A model generated the notes under the pieces. That model saw only the letters and a program-made list of their open reading frames with translations, ran no database searches and was not told where the DNA came from. This document shows positions 1-10,604 of a stretch of 41,103 bases of DNA, piece after piece. Location: IMG/VR virus record IMGVR_UViG_3300034349_000004, positions 1 to 41,103 of that record; one strand, 5' to 3'. The position numbers and the translations under genes are program-made. The DNA comes from a virus (taxonomy: Duplodnaviria > Caudoviricetes). Positions within the stretch are counted from its first letter, which is position 1, and every line of letters starts with the position of its first letter.

Positions 1-255
1 GACTCTGTGTGGTTCATTACGACCAAGGAGGTGGACTCGTTGAGCCTACGAGGTAGAGCCAAGTTCATTAAGGCCCTCAGGGACAACCGGGATTATGTCC
101 TGAAGAAACATGGAGGTCCTGTAGGCAATGTCATATGGGAAGGCGCCACACGTCATAGAGGATTCTTAAAGGCCCTTGGGGCAACCTTCCATGACTGGTG
201 GCATGTATCAGAAGCCACAGGGGAGCGCTTCCAGTTCTTCACTGTGGGCAACTAA
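1..255 (+). CDS. gp13: Internal virion/assembly protein gp13, 5'-truncated by window edge
   Basis: Frame open from base 1; C-terminus WEGATRHRGFLKALGATFH...GERFQFFTV resembles T7 gp13; lies just before gp14. Confidence 0.8.
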   Translation, partial: DSVWFITTKEVDSLSLRGRAKFIKALRDNRDYVLKKHGGPVGNVIWEGATRHRGFLKALGATFHDWWHVSEATGERFQFFTVGN

Positions 256-266
256 AGGAGGGCGCT

Positions 267-833
267 ATGTGCGAACCCGTAAGTATCTCAATCGCAATGG
301 CTGCTGCAATGGCTGCAATGGCTGCCTCTTCGGCAAGTCAACAGGCTAAGGCTGAGGGCAACGCTAAGGACACTCAGCGTAAGGGCCACATTGAGGCCGT
401 CAAGGGGATGAACCGTAATGATGCTGACTACCGACTTCAGACCCGTGATAAGGCTGATGAGGCTAACCATCAGTTGACTGAGGTGAACCTTTCGGCACTC
501 AGGAACAAAGGGACTGTGCTTACCGCTATCGGGGAGTCTGGTCTTGAAGGGAACTCAATGGACCGTGTATTGCGGATCACTGAGAATGATTCATCCAAGG
601 AAAAGATGGCTATCACGGACAACTACAACCGGGACTATGCGACCATCTTTGCGACCCAAGTAGTAAACCAAGAGAACACCAAGTCCATGATCCGTGGGTC
701 TGGTAAGTTGCTCTCTACGCCTAACTTTGCACATGCCCTGAATATTGCTGGGGCTGCTGTACAAGGTGGGGCCTCAGGCTACTCAACAGGCAAGTCCATG
801 CAGGGCTCAACGCCTTCACCAGCAACCAAGTAA
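267..833 (+). CDS. gp14: Internal virion (ejection) protein gp14
   Basis: AAGGAGG RBS then ATG 267 (MCEPVSISIAMAA...); contains AIGESGLEGNSMDR; synteny. Confidence 0.9.
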   Translation: MCEPVSISIAMAAAMAAMAASSASQQAKAEGNAKDTQRKGHIEAVKGMNRNDADYRLQTRDKADEANHQLTEVNLSALRNKGTVLTAIGESGLEGNSMDRVLRITENDSSKEKMAITDNYNRDYATIFATQVVNQENTKSMIRGSGKLLSTPNFAHALNIAGAAVQGGASGYSTGKSMQGSTPSPATK

Positions 834-842
834 GGAGGTCTA

Positions 843-3044
843 ATGGCTAACAGTATTAACCAAGCTATGCATGGTCTTGAGAAGGGCTCTCCTGAGCGCC
901 TGAGAGGCACTGTAGGGACCCTAAAGTATCAGCCAGCAGCACAGCAAGCAGACCAAGTGAGCAATGCCTTAGGCCAGTCCCTGAAGAACTTCATGGGCGT
1001 TGGTCAGGCTGCTGTGGGTGTCTATATGGCAAACAAGACGGACACTGCTGAGGAGCGCTCTAACGAGATCATCCGTAAGCTAACCCCTGAGCAACGTAAG
1101 GTTGCCTTGGAGTCCGGCACATTGCTCTATCAGGATGACCCTGAGGCAATGAAGCTCCTCAAGTACAAGACTGGACGCAACACTGCCTATGAGGTTGACT
1201 CAGAGATCCAAGGGTTGATTGATCAGGGTAAGTTCAAGAGCCGTAAGGAACTTGAGGAGTACCGCCAGCAGCGCTTTACGGATGCCTCTAAGGCAGCGGC
1301 TGAGGCGTCTGGACTTGATGAGTCTGATCAGTTCTACCAGCGGGGCTTTAACACTGACATCGTGCCTCGTAATGCGGCCATCTATGACCGTCACGCTCAG
1401 GTGCTCTCTAAGGAGTTCCAGGCTCAGGCAGTGTTCCAGACCAAGGCAGACATCCAGCCACTTTTGGATGACTCCTCGATTATGAATGATGCCTCTGTGG
1501 GTAAGTACCTTGCGACCCACATTAACAACTCCCTGAAGTCTGGTGAGCTGCCTGGGGATCGCCACGCCATCACAGCGCTCCAACAGATCATCTCTGACTC
1601 AGTTCAAAAGCCTGGGGGCACCAATGCCCTTAACCAACTTGAGAACCAAGAGATCAACGTGTACGGCGGCAAGGCCAAGGTACGGGACCTGATTGGTGGT
1701 GAGGTCTATGACAACATGAAGCTCAAGGCTCAGTCCTTTGCTTATGCGTCTAATGCCAAGTCCCAAGAAGTCCTGACCACAGGCATTGCCACAGCTCTTG
1801 CACAAGATGATCCTTCAGTGGGCTATCAGCAGATCCAAGAGTTGAAACGTCAGAACAACATGGTCCAGCCAACTGAGATGATGACCCCTCAACGGCAAGC
1901 CCTTATTGCGGCTGAGGCAGACCTAATCAATAAGGTTCGTCAAGATTCTACTAAGCGGACTGAGGACCTGGATAAAGCCATGAAGGTGGACAATCGGTTG
2001 CTTGTAGTGGACCAAGCGTTCAACGCCCGGATCAATGGGGAAAACGTAGCGACGGACATTAAGTCCATGCCAGTCAACCCTAATACTGGTGAGTTCAAAG
2101 AGTCGGACTTGGCTACCTACGCTCAAAAGATTAAGGACCGTATAAACAACATGGGGATCCCTCAGGACCAGAAGGATGCACTGAGCCTTAAGTACCTTCG
2201 GGCAGACTCAGCCAATGGTCCATTCCGCAAAGGCTTTCAGACCCTCATTGATGATGCTAACCAAGAGTGGAAGGCAGCCATTATCACCGGCAACACTGAG
2301 AACCTGGCGCGGACTGAGGAACTCCAAAGGTCCTACGCTCAGATGCCTGAGTTGGCCATGTTGTACCCTGATGCTGCTGGACGATTTGAAGAGTTGAACA
2401 TGATGGCGAACATGGGTATTGACCCTAAGATCATGATCGAGGCCGAGAAGGCTAACCTCAAGTTGACTCCAGACCAGACCAAGGAACGTAACGAGGTATG
2501 GACCAACCTTAAGAACAACTCTAAGGCTCCAGAACTCTCACGGATCCCTCAGTCTATGGAAGGGGCAGCCCGTAAGGTCTATGACGCCTGGACTTCTAAG
2601 ACTGGTGATGTGGACTACGCACAAGAGCAAGTCGTTAAGTTCCTCCAACAGAACACCGTCCAGTTTAAAGAGGAAGAGTCATGGCGTAATGGTCGTGACA
2701 AAGTGGCCGGGATGGTGGGTAAGGTTGACTTAATGATTGACCCTAACAACGTGGACTCCTGGCAACAGGGGCGCGATATGGTGGACGCTATGCGGACCAA
2801 GATTGGGACTGACAACCCTTGGGTTGGAACTTCAGGTCTAAACGTCTCGGCTCACAATGATGCTGTGTTCATTCAGTCCCTGGATGGCACTATCAGGATC
2901 CGTATGGACAAGGCTGATATGGCCCGTGAGTATCAAGCCCAACAGAAGGCTCTTGAAGAGTCAGCCGTTAAGGCCGCTGAAGTTAAGGCTAACACTCGTG
3001 CTTCAGACGTGGAGCGAATCTCTCGCCTTCGCGGTGGAAGCTAA
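843..3044 (+). CDS. gp15: Internal virion (ejection) protein gp15
   Basis: 733 aa; ERSNEIIRKLTPEQR...GTLLYQDDP motif of T7 gp15; TAAGGAGGT RBS. Confidence 0.93.
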   Translation: MANSINQAMHGLEKGSPERLRGTVGTLKYQPAAQQADQVSNALGQSLKNFMGVGQAAVGVYMANKTDTAEERSNEIIRKLTPEQRKVALESGTLLYQDDPEAMKLLKYKTGRNTAYEVDSEIQGLIDQGKFKSRKELEEYRQQRFTDASKAAAEASGLDESDQFYQRGFNTDIVPRNAAIYDRHAQVLSKEFQAQAVFQTKADIQPLLDDSSIMNDASVGKYLATHINNSLKSGELPGDRHAITALQQIISDSVQKPGGTNALNQLENQEINVYGGKAKVRDLIGGEVYDNMKLKAQSFAYASNAKSQEVLTTGIATALAQDDPSVGYQQIQELKRQNNMVQPTEMMTPQRQALIAAEADLINKVRQDSTKRTEDLDKAMKVDNRLLVVDQAFNARINGENVATDIKSMPVNPNTGEFKESDLATYAQKIKDRINNMGIPQDQKDALSLKYLRADSANGPFRKGFQTLIDDANQEWKAAIITGNTENLARTEELQRSYAQMPELAMLYPDAAGRFEELNMMANMGIDPKIMIEAEKANLKLTPDQTKERNEVWTNLKNNSKAPELSRIPQSMEGAARKVYDAWTSKTGDVDYAQEQVVKFLQQNTVQFKEEESWRNGRDKVAGMVGKVDLMIDPNNVDSWQQGRDMVDAMRTKIGTDNPWVGTSGLNVSAHNDAVFIQSLDGTIRIRMDKADMAREYQAQQKALEESAVKAAEVKANTRASDVERISRLRGGS

Positions 3045-3068
3045 TAGACAACTACATAGGAGAACTAA

Positions 3069-6000
3069 ATGTCGGACTATCAGAGCGTAAAGGCTAAAGG
3101 AACACCCTACGATCCAATCATTCAACGTACAGCGGATGCCTATGGTGTCCCTTACGCCTTATTGCACAAACAGATGTTCAATGAGTCCTCCTTTGACCCT
3201 AACGCTAAGTCCCCAACAGGACCCCGTGGACTGGCTCAGATGACCAAACTTACTGGTAATGCCTATGGCCTTCAGACGGATGAGGACTTTTATGATCCTG
3301 AGAAGTCTATTGATGCTATGGGCCGTCACATGCGGGACCTACTAAAGACCTACGATGGGGACCAGCTCAAGGCAGCCCTGGCGTACAACCAAGGTCAAGG
3401 CAAGTTGGGCTCTCCTCAGTTGGCCGCATTGTCCCGTGGGGATCTTTCAGGCGTCTCTGAGGAAGGCCGTAACTACATGGCTAAACTTAGTGATGTGGCT
3501 GAGAGCCCCTTTAAGGACTTGGTGTCTAAGGGGATAACCCCAAAGACCCAACCGCTCCCATTCGATCAGCTAAGTGAGGGAGTAAGGAAAGCCCCTAAGG
3601 TTCAATCCTTAGTGGGTTCTGATGTTCCAGTAGTAACAGGCCTGGGGTTTGCCGGTAAGGAGGCCCCTAAGGTTGACAAGACGTTCGCCCAACTGAGCTA
3701 TGAACAGAAGGGAACAACCATCCAAGAGGATGACGATAAGTCCACTTGGTTTGGTACTGGTGAGGCAATTGATGCTGAAGTAGCTACAGGTCCCCTGGGG
3801 ATGGCTTATCGTGCTGCTAAGACCGACACTGGGCCAGCTCTAATAGACCAAGTGTTGTCCAGTGAATACTTCAATACCCAAGAGTGGTCCCGTGAGGAAC
3901 TCGATAAGATCCGTAATGCTGGGGTTAAGCCTCAGTTTTATGGAGTGATCACAGGCGGTAAGTCTGAGAACATTGACGACCTCATTAAGCTGGCCCTTGA
4001 GAACCAACAGTTTGAGCGTGATCGTGCTGATGCAGGCACTGGCGGTAAGATCGTGGCTGGGTTCGTTGGGGCTGCTGTTGATCCTGTGACCTACACACCG
4101 TTTCCTGGCATGGTTGGCGCTAAGCTCATCTCTAAGGTTGCTGTGGGTGCTGCTTATGGTGGCGCTACTTCGGTTGCCTCTGAGGCTGGCCGTTCGATCC
4201 ACAGTGGACTCCATGCTGACTATCAGTCCGCTCTGATTGGTGGTGCTCTCCTGGGTGGTGGTATGTCCTTCGCAATGGACCGACTTGCAGCCGCCTTCAG
4301 GAAGAACGCTGAGACTCCTCCAGAACCTACAGCACCACTTGAGGGTGACTACATTCCAGGCGGTGGTGGAAGTGGTGGACCTGGAGTTAACTTTGGGGCA
4401 CCTAAGGTTGAGTCTCACTTGGATGGTGAGTTCTCTAACGTGAACCTCATTGAAGGACGTAAGGCCATTGGGCAAGACCGCCTGAGACTTGAGGGGCCAC
4501 CACAGAATGACTTTGCGGGTCAGGCAATGCGCCTTGAGGCCCGTGAGACAGCCCGTAACACTGGCGACATAGACCGCTCAAGGATGCCTGTAGGTCAGGG
4601 TGATGAGGTGGTCAATATGGATGGCCTGGATGTGGCTAACGTTCCTGGAGACTCTCAGGCCGTAAGGACTCTTGACGGGTCTATCTACTCAGGCGGTAAT
4701 CCTCTTAACCCAAGATCCCGTATGAACTTCACTGGTGATGTCCCTCCAACGGATGGCTCCAACTGGGGCTTTAACCTGGGTGGGTTTACTGAGATTGGTC
4801 TGACCTTAGGTCGCACTGAGAACATCGTTACTCGTGACTTGGCGGCTGACTTGGTGCGCTCTCCTACGGGCAACGTAAGTGGCTCCAATGGTAAGTTCGG
4901 GGCAACTGCTACGGACATCGTGGAGCGGCTCCATCACCAGAACAATCTGTCTTACAACAAGGTCCACAATCTCCTTGAGGAACTGATGGATGACCCGGCC
5001 TACGCTCTCTCAGGTGGCTTGAAGTCAGACAAGATGGCTAACGCCTTCAGGAACGTAGTGGAGGACATTGAGGCCTCTTGGAATCCTACTTTCACCAGTA
5101 AGCTCACAGCCAAGGAGAAGGAACTTAAGCAGGCACTTCAAGACCACTTCCAAGGGAAGCTGGATATGCTTGAGAACCCGGCTCAGTTCGGCAACCCTGG
5201 TGCTACAAGTGTCCTTAAGGGGACCCGTCATGCTGGGGCTTATGTCCCTAACGTGTACTCACTGGCCGCTAAGCAACTGTGGACCAAGACCTTAGGTGGT
5301 CGTGAGGGTCTGAAGGAAGGTATTAAGCGCTCCTGGATGACCAGCTATGCAAGTCGTCCTCATGTGAAGGCTCGTGTTGATAAGGCGCTTACAGAGGACC
5401 TTAAGGCCAAGGGTATTGACCCGACTCCAGCGAACCTACAGAAAGCCCTTAATGAGTACACAGAACAGAAAGCACATGGCGTGAGTAACGATGAGTCGTT
5501 CTCTTCAAGTGGCTTTGAGGAGAACATGAGTGGGGTTGCTGGCCTGGAGAACAACTCGTTTCTTGATGCTCGCCACTTGTTTGACTCAGATATGCCTATC
5601 ACCCTTCGGGATGGCTCACAGTTTGCTGTTAATGACCTGAGAGACTTCAACTACGCCCACATCATGCCAGCCTATGACCGCCGTATTGATGGTGACATTG
5701 CCATCATGGGATCTACTGGCCGTGATACAGCAGCCTTGAAGCAACGTGTGTTGGACTTAGAGGAAGCTGCAAGGACTCCTCAGGATCGTAAGGAAGTGGC
5801 AGCACTTCAACAGGTCCTCAAGATGATCACAGGGAGAGCCCGTAGGGATCCTGAGGGTGCCTTTGGTACTCTTGGGAGAGCCTTAACGGATCTATCCTTT
5901 GTGGCTAAGAACGCCTACATGGGGATCCAGGGGATTGGTGAGGTTGCCAGTCTGGTGACTAAGGGTCACGTCCATATGGTCCTTAAGGGTGTTCCCCTTC

Positions 6001-7220
6001 TTAGGGACATTGCCATGATGGGCAGCAAGATCAAGCCTAAGGAACTCAAGGAGATGCACGCCTTGGTGTTTGGTAAGGAGCTTGATGACCTCATCCGGCC
6101 AACTCGTGGGGACCTCGTGCAGCGCCTCAGGGACAATGGCTCTAAGGAGTGGGTGGCTCAGTCTGTAGGGACCGTTAAGTCTGGTACTGGCTGGCTGGCT
6201 GCTAAATGGCCTATGTCCCGGTTCCTGGTGGAGTCCACTAACTACCTCATGGATGCAGGGAGACAAGGAGTCCTCTCAGAGTTGGTTAACCACACGTTGT
6301 CTGGTAAGCGCTCCAAGTTGTTCACCAAGGATCTACTCAATGGCTACTCCTTGACTAAGGAACAGTTTGCTGATGTTCAACAGTTACTGAGGGATCACAT
6401 TGAGGCCGGACCTGATGGGAACTTTAAGATCCGGGATGGTAAGGCCTTTCAGTCGGACCCTCGGACTATGGACCTGTGGCGAATTGGTGATCGTATTGCT
6501 GACCAAACCATGCTACGTCCACACAAGCTGAGCAATCAGGACACCAAGGCTTATGGCCCTGGAGTCGCCTTGATGATGCAGTTTAAGAAGTTCGTAACCA
6601 AGTCCATGAATGGCCGCATGGTTCGTGCCTATATGGATGCCACCAAGAATGGTCAGAAGGTTGACCAGTTGCTTCAAGGTGTCATTGCTTCAGGTTTGGC
6701 TATGAGTGTCTACATGGCACAGAAGCACCTTCAGGCCGTTACGGTTCCTGAGGGTCAACGTAAAGCCTTCCTGGATCAAGCAATGAATCCCTCTACGCTT
6801 GCCTATGCGGCCATCTCCCGAAGTTCCCACATTGGGGCACCCTTTGGCTTGGCTAACGTAGTGTCGGCTCCCCTGGGGTTCGATCAGGCGGCTATGGTCC
6901 GCACCTCGATTCTCCCTAAGTCTCCTAAAGAGAAACAAGGGAACAAAGGGGCCATGAAGTACCGCCCAACGTCTGACTCAAGGATCCAGGATGCTGCTGG
7001 CCGTGTATTGGATCAGGTGCCGGGAGCTGGCTTTGTGTTTGGTGCTGGTCAGGCTGCCTATAATGCTGCTGGACTTGTAGGAGACTCTAAGAACAACTTC
7101 ACAGACACAGAGTATATGACCGGGATGTACAACGGGATGCGCAACATTGTCCCTAACGATCCCGTCACACAGTCACTCCTCCTGAAGCTCTTTAATGATC
7201 AAGGGATTGAACTGAAATAA
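3069..7220 (+). CDS. gp16: Internal virion protein gp16 with N-terminal lytic transglycosylase domain
   Basis: 1383 aa; SLT motifs NESSFDPNAKSPTGPRGLAQMT and AALAYNQG; GGFTEIG and FGATATDI motifs. Confidence 0.95.
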   Translation: MSDYQSVKAKGTPYDPIIQRTADAYGVPYALLHKQMFNESSFDPNAKSPTGPRGLAQMTKLTGNAYGLQTDEDFYDPEKSIDAMGRHMRDLLKTYDGDQLKAALAYNQGQGKLGSPQLAALSRGDLSGVSEEGRNYMAKLSDVAESPFKDLVSKGITPKTQPLPFDQLSEGVRKAPKVQSLVGSDVPVVTGLGFAGKEAPKVDKTFAQLSYEQKGTTIQEDDDKSTWFGTGEAIDAEVATGPLGMAYRAAKTDTGPALIDQVLSSEYFNTQEWSREELDKIRNAGVKPQFYGVITGGKSENIDDLIKLALENQQFERDRADAGTGGKIVAGFVGAAVDPVTYTPFPGMVGAKLISKVAVGAAYGGATSVASEAGRSIHSGLHADYQSALIGGALLGGGMSFAMDRLAAAFRKNAETPPEPTAPLEGDYIPGGGGSGGPGVNFGAPKVESHLDGEFSNVNLIEGRKAIGQDRLRLEGPPQNDFAGQAMRLEARETARNTGDIDRSRMPVGQGDEVVNMDGLDVANVPGDSQAVRTLDGSIYSGGNPLNPRSRMNFTGDVPPTDGSNWGFNLGGFTEIGLTLGRTENIVTRDLAADLVRSPTGNVSGSNGKFGATATDIVERLHHQNNLSYNKVHNLLEELMDDPAYALSGGLKSDKMANAFRNVVEDIEASWNPTFTSKLTAKEKELKQALQDHFQGKLDMLENPAQFGNPGATSVLKGTRHAGAYVPNVYSLAAKQLWTKTLGGREGLKEGIKRSWMTSYASRPHVKARVDKALTEDLKAKGIDPTPANLQKALNEYTEQKAHGVSNDESFSSSGFEENMSGVAGLENNSFLDARHLFDSDMPITLRDGSQFAVNDLRDFNYAHIMPAYDRRIDGDIAIMGSTGRDTAALKQRVLDLEEAARTPQDRKEVAALQQVLKMITGRARRDPEGAFGTLGRALTDLSFVAKNAYMGIQGIGEVASLVTKGHVHMVLKGVPLLRDIAMMGSKIKPKELKEMHALVFGKELDDLIRPTRGDLVQRLRDNGSKEWVAQSVGTVKSGTGWLAAKWPMSRFLVESTNYLMDAGRQGVLSELVNHTLSGKRSKLFTKDLLNGYSLTKEQFADVQQLLRDHIEAGPDGNFKIRDGKAFQSDPRTMDLWRIGDRIADQTMLRPHKLSNQDTKAYGPGVALMMQFKKFVTKSMNGRMVRAYMDATKNGQKVDQLLQGVIASGLAMSVYMAQKHLQAVTVPEGQRKAFLDQAMNPSTLAYAAISRSSHIGAPFGLANVVSAPLGFDQAAMVRTSILPKSPKEKQGNKGAMKYRPTSDSRIQDAAGRVLDQVPGAGFVFGAGQAAYNAAGLVGDSKNNFTDTEYMTGMYNGMRNIVPNDPVTQSLLLKLFNDQGIELK

Positions 7221-7237
7221 CCCTCACATATGGAACC
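7215..7237 (+). promoter_or_regulatory. Phage RNAP promoter (phi17-like)
   Basis: AAATAACCCTCACATAT/GGAACC overlaps the gp16 stop; followed by leader hairpin GGAACCC...GGGTTCC. Confidence 0.8.
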
Positions 7238-7286
7238 CAAGGTATTGACTACGGGTTCCTCTTTCTAATTACTATAAGGAGACCTC

Positions 7287-10200
7287 ATGGCTACGACTTA
7301 TACAACGCTACCACTTGACGGGAGCACTCGTGAGTTTACGATACCCTTTGAGTACCTGACCCGAAAGTTCGTGGTAGTGAAGCTCATTGGGGAAGACATT
7401 AAGAGGACACTTGTTCTTAATGTGGACTATCGTTTTGTGACACCAACCAAAATATCCACTACGGTCCCTTGGGGTCCTTCAGATGGTTATGATGCCATTG
7501 AGCTTCGCCGCGTTACCTCAGCAACTGAGCGACTCGTTAACTTCAATGATGGGTCTATCCTTCGGTCCTATGACCTAAACATCTCCCAAATCCAGGCAAT
7601 CCATATTGCTGAGGAGGGACGTGATGTTTCCAATCAGGCACTACAAAACAACCTTGTTCGTTGGGATGCATTAGGTCTGCCCTTGAGCAACCTTGGTGCC
7701 CCTGTTGAGGGGACTGATGCAACAAACGTTGATTATGTCCTAAACCAAGTTGATAGCGTGACAGCCTACATTAATGCTCAAGTCGATCAACTTATGACTG
7801 ACTATAATGGGCAGTTCACTGGCGTTAAGGCTGACTACAATGGCAAGATAAACAACTTGACCTCCACAGTTAACAGTAACTTCTCAAGGACTCTTAGGGC
7901 ACCAACCGCTGATAACCTTGCTGAGCTGCCTATTGCTATTGCACGGGCAAACAAGATGCTGGCCTTTAATGACTTAGGGCAGCCCATTGCAGTTATCCCC
8001 CAAAGTGGCGCTATTGGTGACTTTGCGATTGACCTTGCAAACACCCTTAGTCCAACTCGTGGTGCCGGTATGGTTGGCTACCTGGGGCGCTCAGTGTTTG
8101 ACAGATTGTCAGAGGTGGTTTACTTCAAGGACGCTCCTTTCTATGGCAAGATGGATGGCTCAGACGACTCAGCGGCATGGCTTCGGTTCATTGCGTACCT
8201 TAAGGTACATGGTGGCCGTGGTATGTTGGGTAAAGGTAAGCTCTATCTGAAGTCTGCAAGGCTCTACCTGCGGATGTCTGAAGGTGCCTTTAAGAGCTTT
8301 GATATTTGTGGTGAGGGACCGGGGACTACCCATATTAGTTTTGGTGATATAAGTCCAGAACTGAATGGCGCTGGGGCCATCACTAAGAATGAGCCAAACC
8401 TATTTGATGTGTCGGGTGTTATTGGGCTCCAGTCCGCACCACGGATCCGCCTCAAAGACTTCTCCTTCGACTACATTGAGCAAGTCTATAAAGGTGGGGC
8501 TTCTAAGGAAACACCAGCTCTGACTGACATTAAGCCACTGTCTGGTGGTGTCTTCACGTTCCTCTTTGAGTACACAGATGGTGTTGAGATTGATAACGTG
8601 GTGGGTGCTGAGGTTTATGGCAATGGAGTTATTCTAAGCCGTAGCCCTTACTCGTCCATTAACAACTTCAGGGCCTACAACATCTCGGGCGGCAACCCTG
8701 GGGCTGCTGATAGCACTGGCGGCCTGATTGGCATCATGCGTGGTTCGCAAGTTGGGACTCATGTTTCTCACTGTGTGGGTATCAATACGAGAACCTTCAA
8801 GACTGACACTGTGGGTGGCTTCAACAACATCACAGCTAAGGACACACTGTGTGGATATATTGGCGTCTGGACTGAATATGGCATTGATGTAGGCGGTAAG
8901 TATGCTCCAGGTACTGACCTGTGGGGCACAGTAACGCCAACTAACAGTGCAAGCATGGGATGCCTTGTTGAGAACTGTCTTGTCTATGGCTACACACTGG
9001 GCTTCAAGATGGAAGGTAACACGCCTTGTGTATTTGACTCATGTGTTGCAATCAACTGTTGGATTCCGTACATCGGTGGAGCGTCTCAAGGGCGAATCAC
9101 AAACCCTTATGCTGATCCTGCTGGGTGTGATGGTAAGCAGTGCCCTCAGTCTGGTTATGAATACGTCAGGGCCTTGTTCGTGCATTACAACGTTAATGGT
9201 CCCGCATGGATGTACTCAGGGTTCACTTTTGATGGTTGTATGGGCATCACAAGAAAGACCCGTGTTAATACAACCAACTGTGATGATGGGCGATTCACTA
9301 ACCAGCAGATCGTCATTGATCATACTGGCACTGGTGGTGACATTAACCTTCTTGCAACTCGGAAACTCGGGGCTATGAGGGGTGCTAAGGTGTCCGGTAT
9401 CTACATTATCAGAGGCCTTGGTGAGAATAAGTCAGCGATTATCTATGACATGGCAAGCATGGAGCTGGACATTACGGTTATCAACATGACCGATAAACTG
9501 TTCACAATTAATCCGGCTCAGTTCTATGTGTCGCTGGGCTATGGCTGTGCAAACTCCAAGATTAATGTGGACTCAGTAGGATTGGTGAGGCTGGCTGTTA
9601 GTGCCTCTCCAGATGTTGTGGTAAACCATACGCATACTCTACTGGATACTGCCCTTCAGGCCCCTGGTAATCTGCTTTCAGTTGGGGGCTGTACCAATGC
9701 CGTAGTCAGCTATGACCACACTTTGCACTCATCTGCCATTGCTCCAGGTCAGTTTGCCCCGGTTGAAGTTAGCTGTGTGAGTCCTGTTGTTAAGGGTGTG
9801 TTGCGCATGAAGTCCTCAGGTGTTAACACAATGGATAACATGCTGTTCACCAATAGCGTCCAACCGAACCTGAGTCTCTACAAGTATGGCGACACAGCGG
9901 CAATGCCTTTGATCAAGCCGGGGACTTCTGCTAAGGGTGCTCATATCAACGCTGTAGATACTGGTGGTGATGCAAGTCCATTGTTTGATATTGGCTATGG
10001 CTTCATTGGGCCAATCACTTTGAACGATGGCCTTATTAGTGCTCGTAAGTTGACCTTGCAGACCCTCACGTTTGAGCCTAACCATCCAGACCGGATTGCT
10101 AAGGACACCATTGAGTACATGCCTGGAGTCTCCTTCAAGTACCTTCGGCCTGTTGCTGGTGCTCTGTGGGGCTGTAAGGCTTACACAGGTGGGCGTAGAG

Positions 10201-10415
10201 CTACAGCTTGGGTGGCAAGTACCGCTGTGTCGTTGAACACTTACAGGGCTGGTGGTGCCGATGTGTATAAGGCAACTGTTGCGGGGACCACGGGTACTGT
10301 CATTCCGTCCCACACTTCAGGTGATGCTGTTGATGGCACCGTAACGTGGACTTGGGTAGCGCCTAAGGCTCTCTTTGTGGAGTCTACAGCCGCCTGGGGC
10401 ACAACTCTAATCTAA
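7287..10415 (+). CDS. gp17: Tail fibre/tailspike gp17 with T7-type N-terminal anchor and probable beta-helical polysaccharide depolymerase domain
   Basis: N-terminus FTIPFEYLTRKFVVV...F.DGSILRSYDLNISQIQAIHIAEEGRD; GKMDGSDDSAAW motif typical of tailspike beta-helix starts; G/N/C-rich repeats; C-terminal W/Y-containing CBM-like segment. Confidence 0.88.
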   Translation: MATTYTTLPLDGSTREFTIPFEYLTRKFVVVKLIGEDIKRTLVLNVDYRFVTPTKISTTVPWGPSDGYDAIELRRVTSATERLVNFNDGSILRSYDLNISQIQAIHIAEEGRDVSNQALQNNLVRWDALGLPLSNLGAPVEGTDATNVDYVLNQVDSVTAYINAQVDQLMTDYNGQFTGVKADYNGKINNLTSTVNSNFSRTLRAPTADNLAELPIAIARANKMLAFNDLGQPIAVIPQSGAIGDFAIDLANTLSPTRGAGMVGYLGRSVFDRLSEVVYFKDAPFYGKMDGSDDSAAWLRFIAYLKVHGGRGMLGKGKLYLKSARLYLRMSEGAFKSFDICGEGPGTTHISFGDISPELNGAGAITKNEPNLFDVSGVIGLQSAPRIRLKDFSFDYIEQVYKGGASKETPALTDIKPLSGGVFTFLFEYTDGVEIDNVVGAEVYGNGVILSRSPYSSINNFRAYNISGGNPGAADSTGGLIGIMRGSQVGTHVSHCVGINTRTFKTDTVGGFNNITAKDTLCGYIGVWTEYGIDVGGKYAPGTDLWGTVTPTNSASMGCLVENCLVYGYTLGFKMEGNTPCVFDSCVAINCWIPYIGGASQGRITNPYADPAGCDGKQCPQSGYEYVRALFVHYNVNGPAWMYSGFTFDGCMGITRKTRVNTTNCDDGRFTNQQIVIDHTGTGGDINLLATRKLGAMRGAKVSGIYIIRGLGENKSAIIYDMASMELDITVINMTDKLFTINPAQFYVSLGYGCANSKINVDSVGLVRLAVSASPDVVVNHTHTLLDTALQAPGNLLSVGGCTNAVVSYDHTLHSSAIAPGQFAPVEVSCVSPVVKGVLRMKSSGVNTMDNMLFTNSVQPNLSLYKYGDTAAMPLIKPGTSAKGAHINAVDTGGDASPLFDIGYGFIGPITLNDGLISARKLTLQTLTFEPNHPDRIAKDTIEYMPGVSFKYLRPVAGALWGCKAYTGGRRATAWVASTAVSLNTYRAGGADVYKATVAGTTGTVIPSHTSGDAVDGTVTWTWVAPKALFVESTAAWGTTLI

Positions 10416-10428
10416 CAAGGAGAACTTA

Positions 10429-10602
10429 ATGTCCTACAACCCAATGGAACCAACTGAGGCTGAGAAACCTTTCAGGCTCAATATGCACACTCACTTGGCC
10501 GCTGAGGCTAAGCGTCTGGAGCTGGAAGAGGCACTTATGGTGGAAGCTGTGGCATGGGCTGAGGCCATTGTCATTGATAAGGCCCTTGAGGGGACCATCT
10601 AA
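10429..10602 (+). CDS. Small hypothetical protein, 57 aa (MSYNPMEPTEAEKPFRLNMHTHLAAEAKRLELEEALMVEAVAWAEAIVIDKALEGTI)
   Basis: Translated by hand; AAGGAG RBS; fills the gap between gp17 and the holin. Confidence 0.75.
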   Translation: MSYNPMEPTEAEKPFRLNMHTHLAAEAKRLELEEALMVEAVAWAEAIVIDKALEGTI

Positions 10603-10604
10603 CA

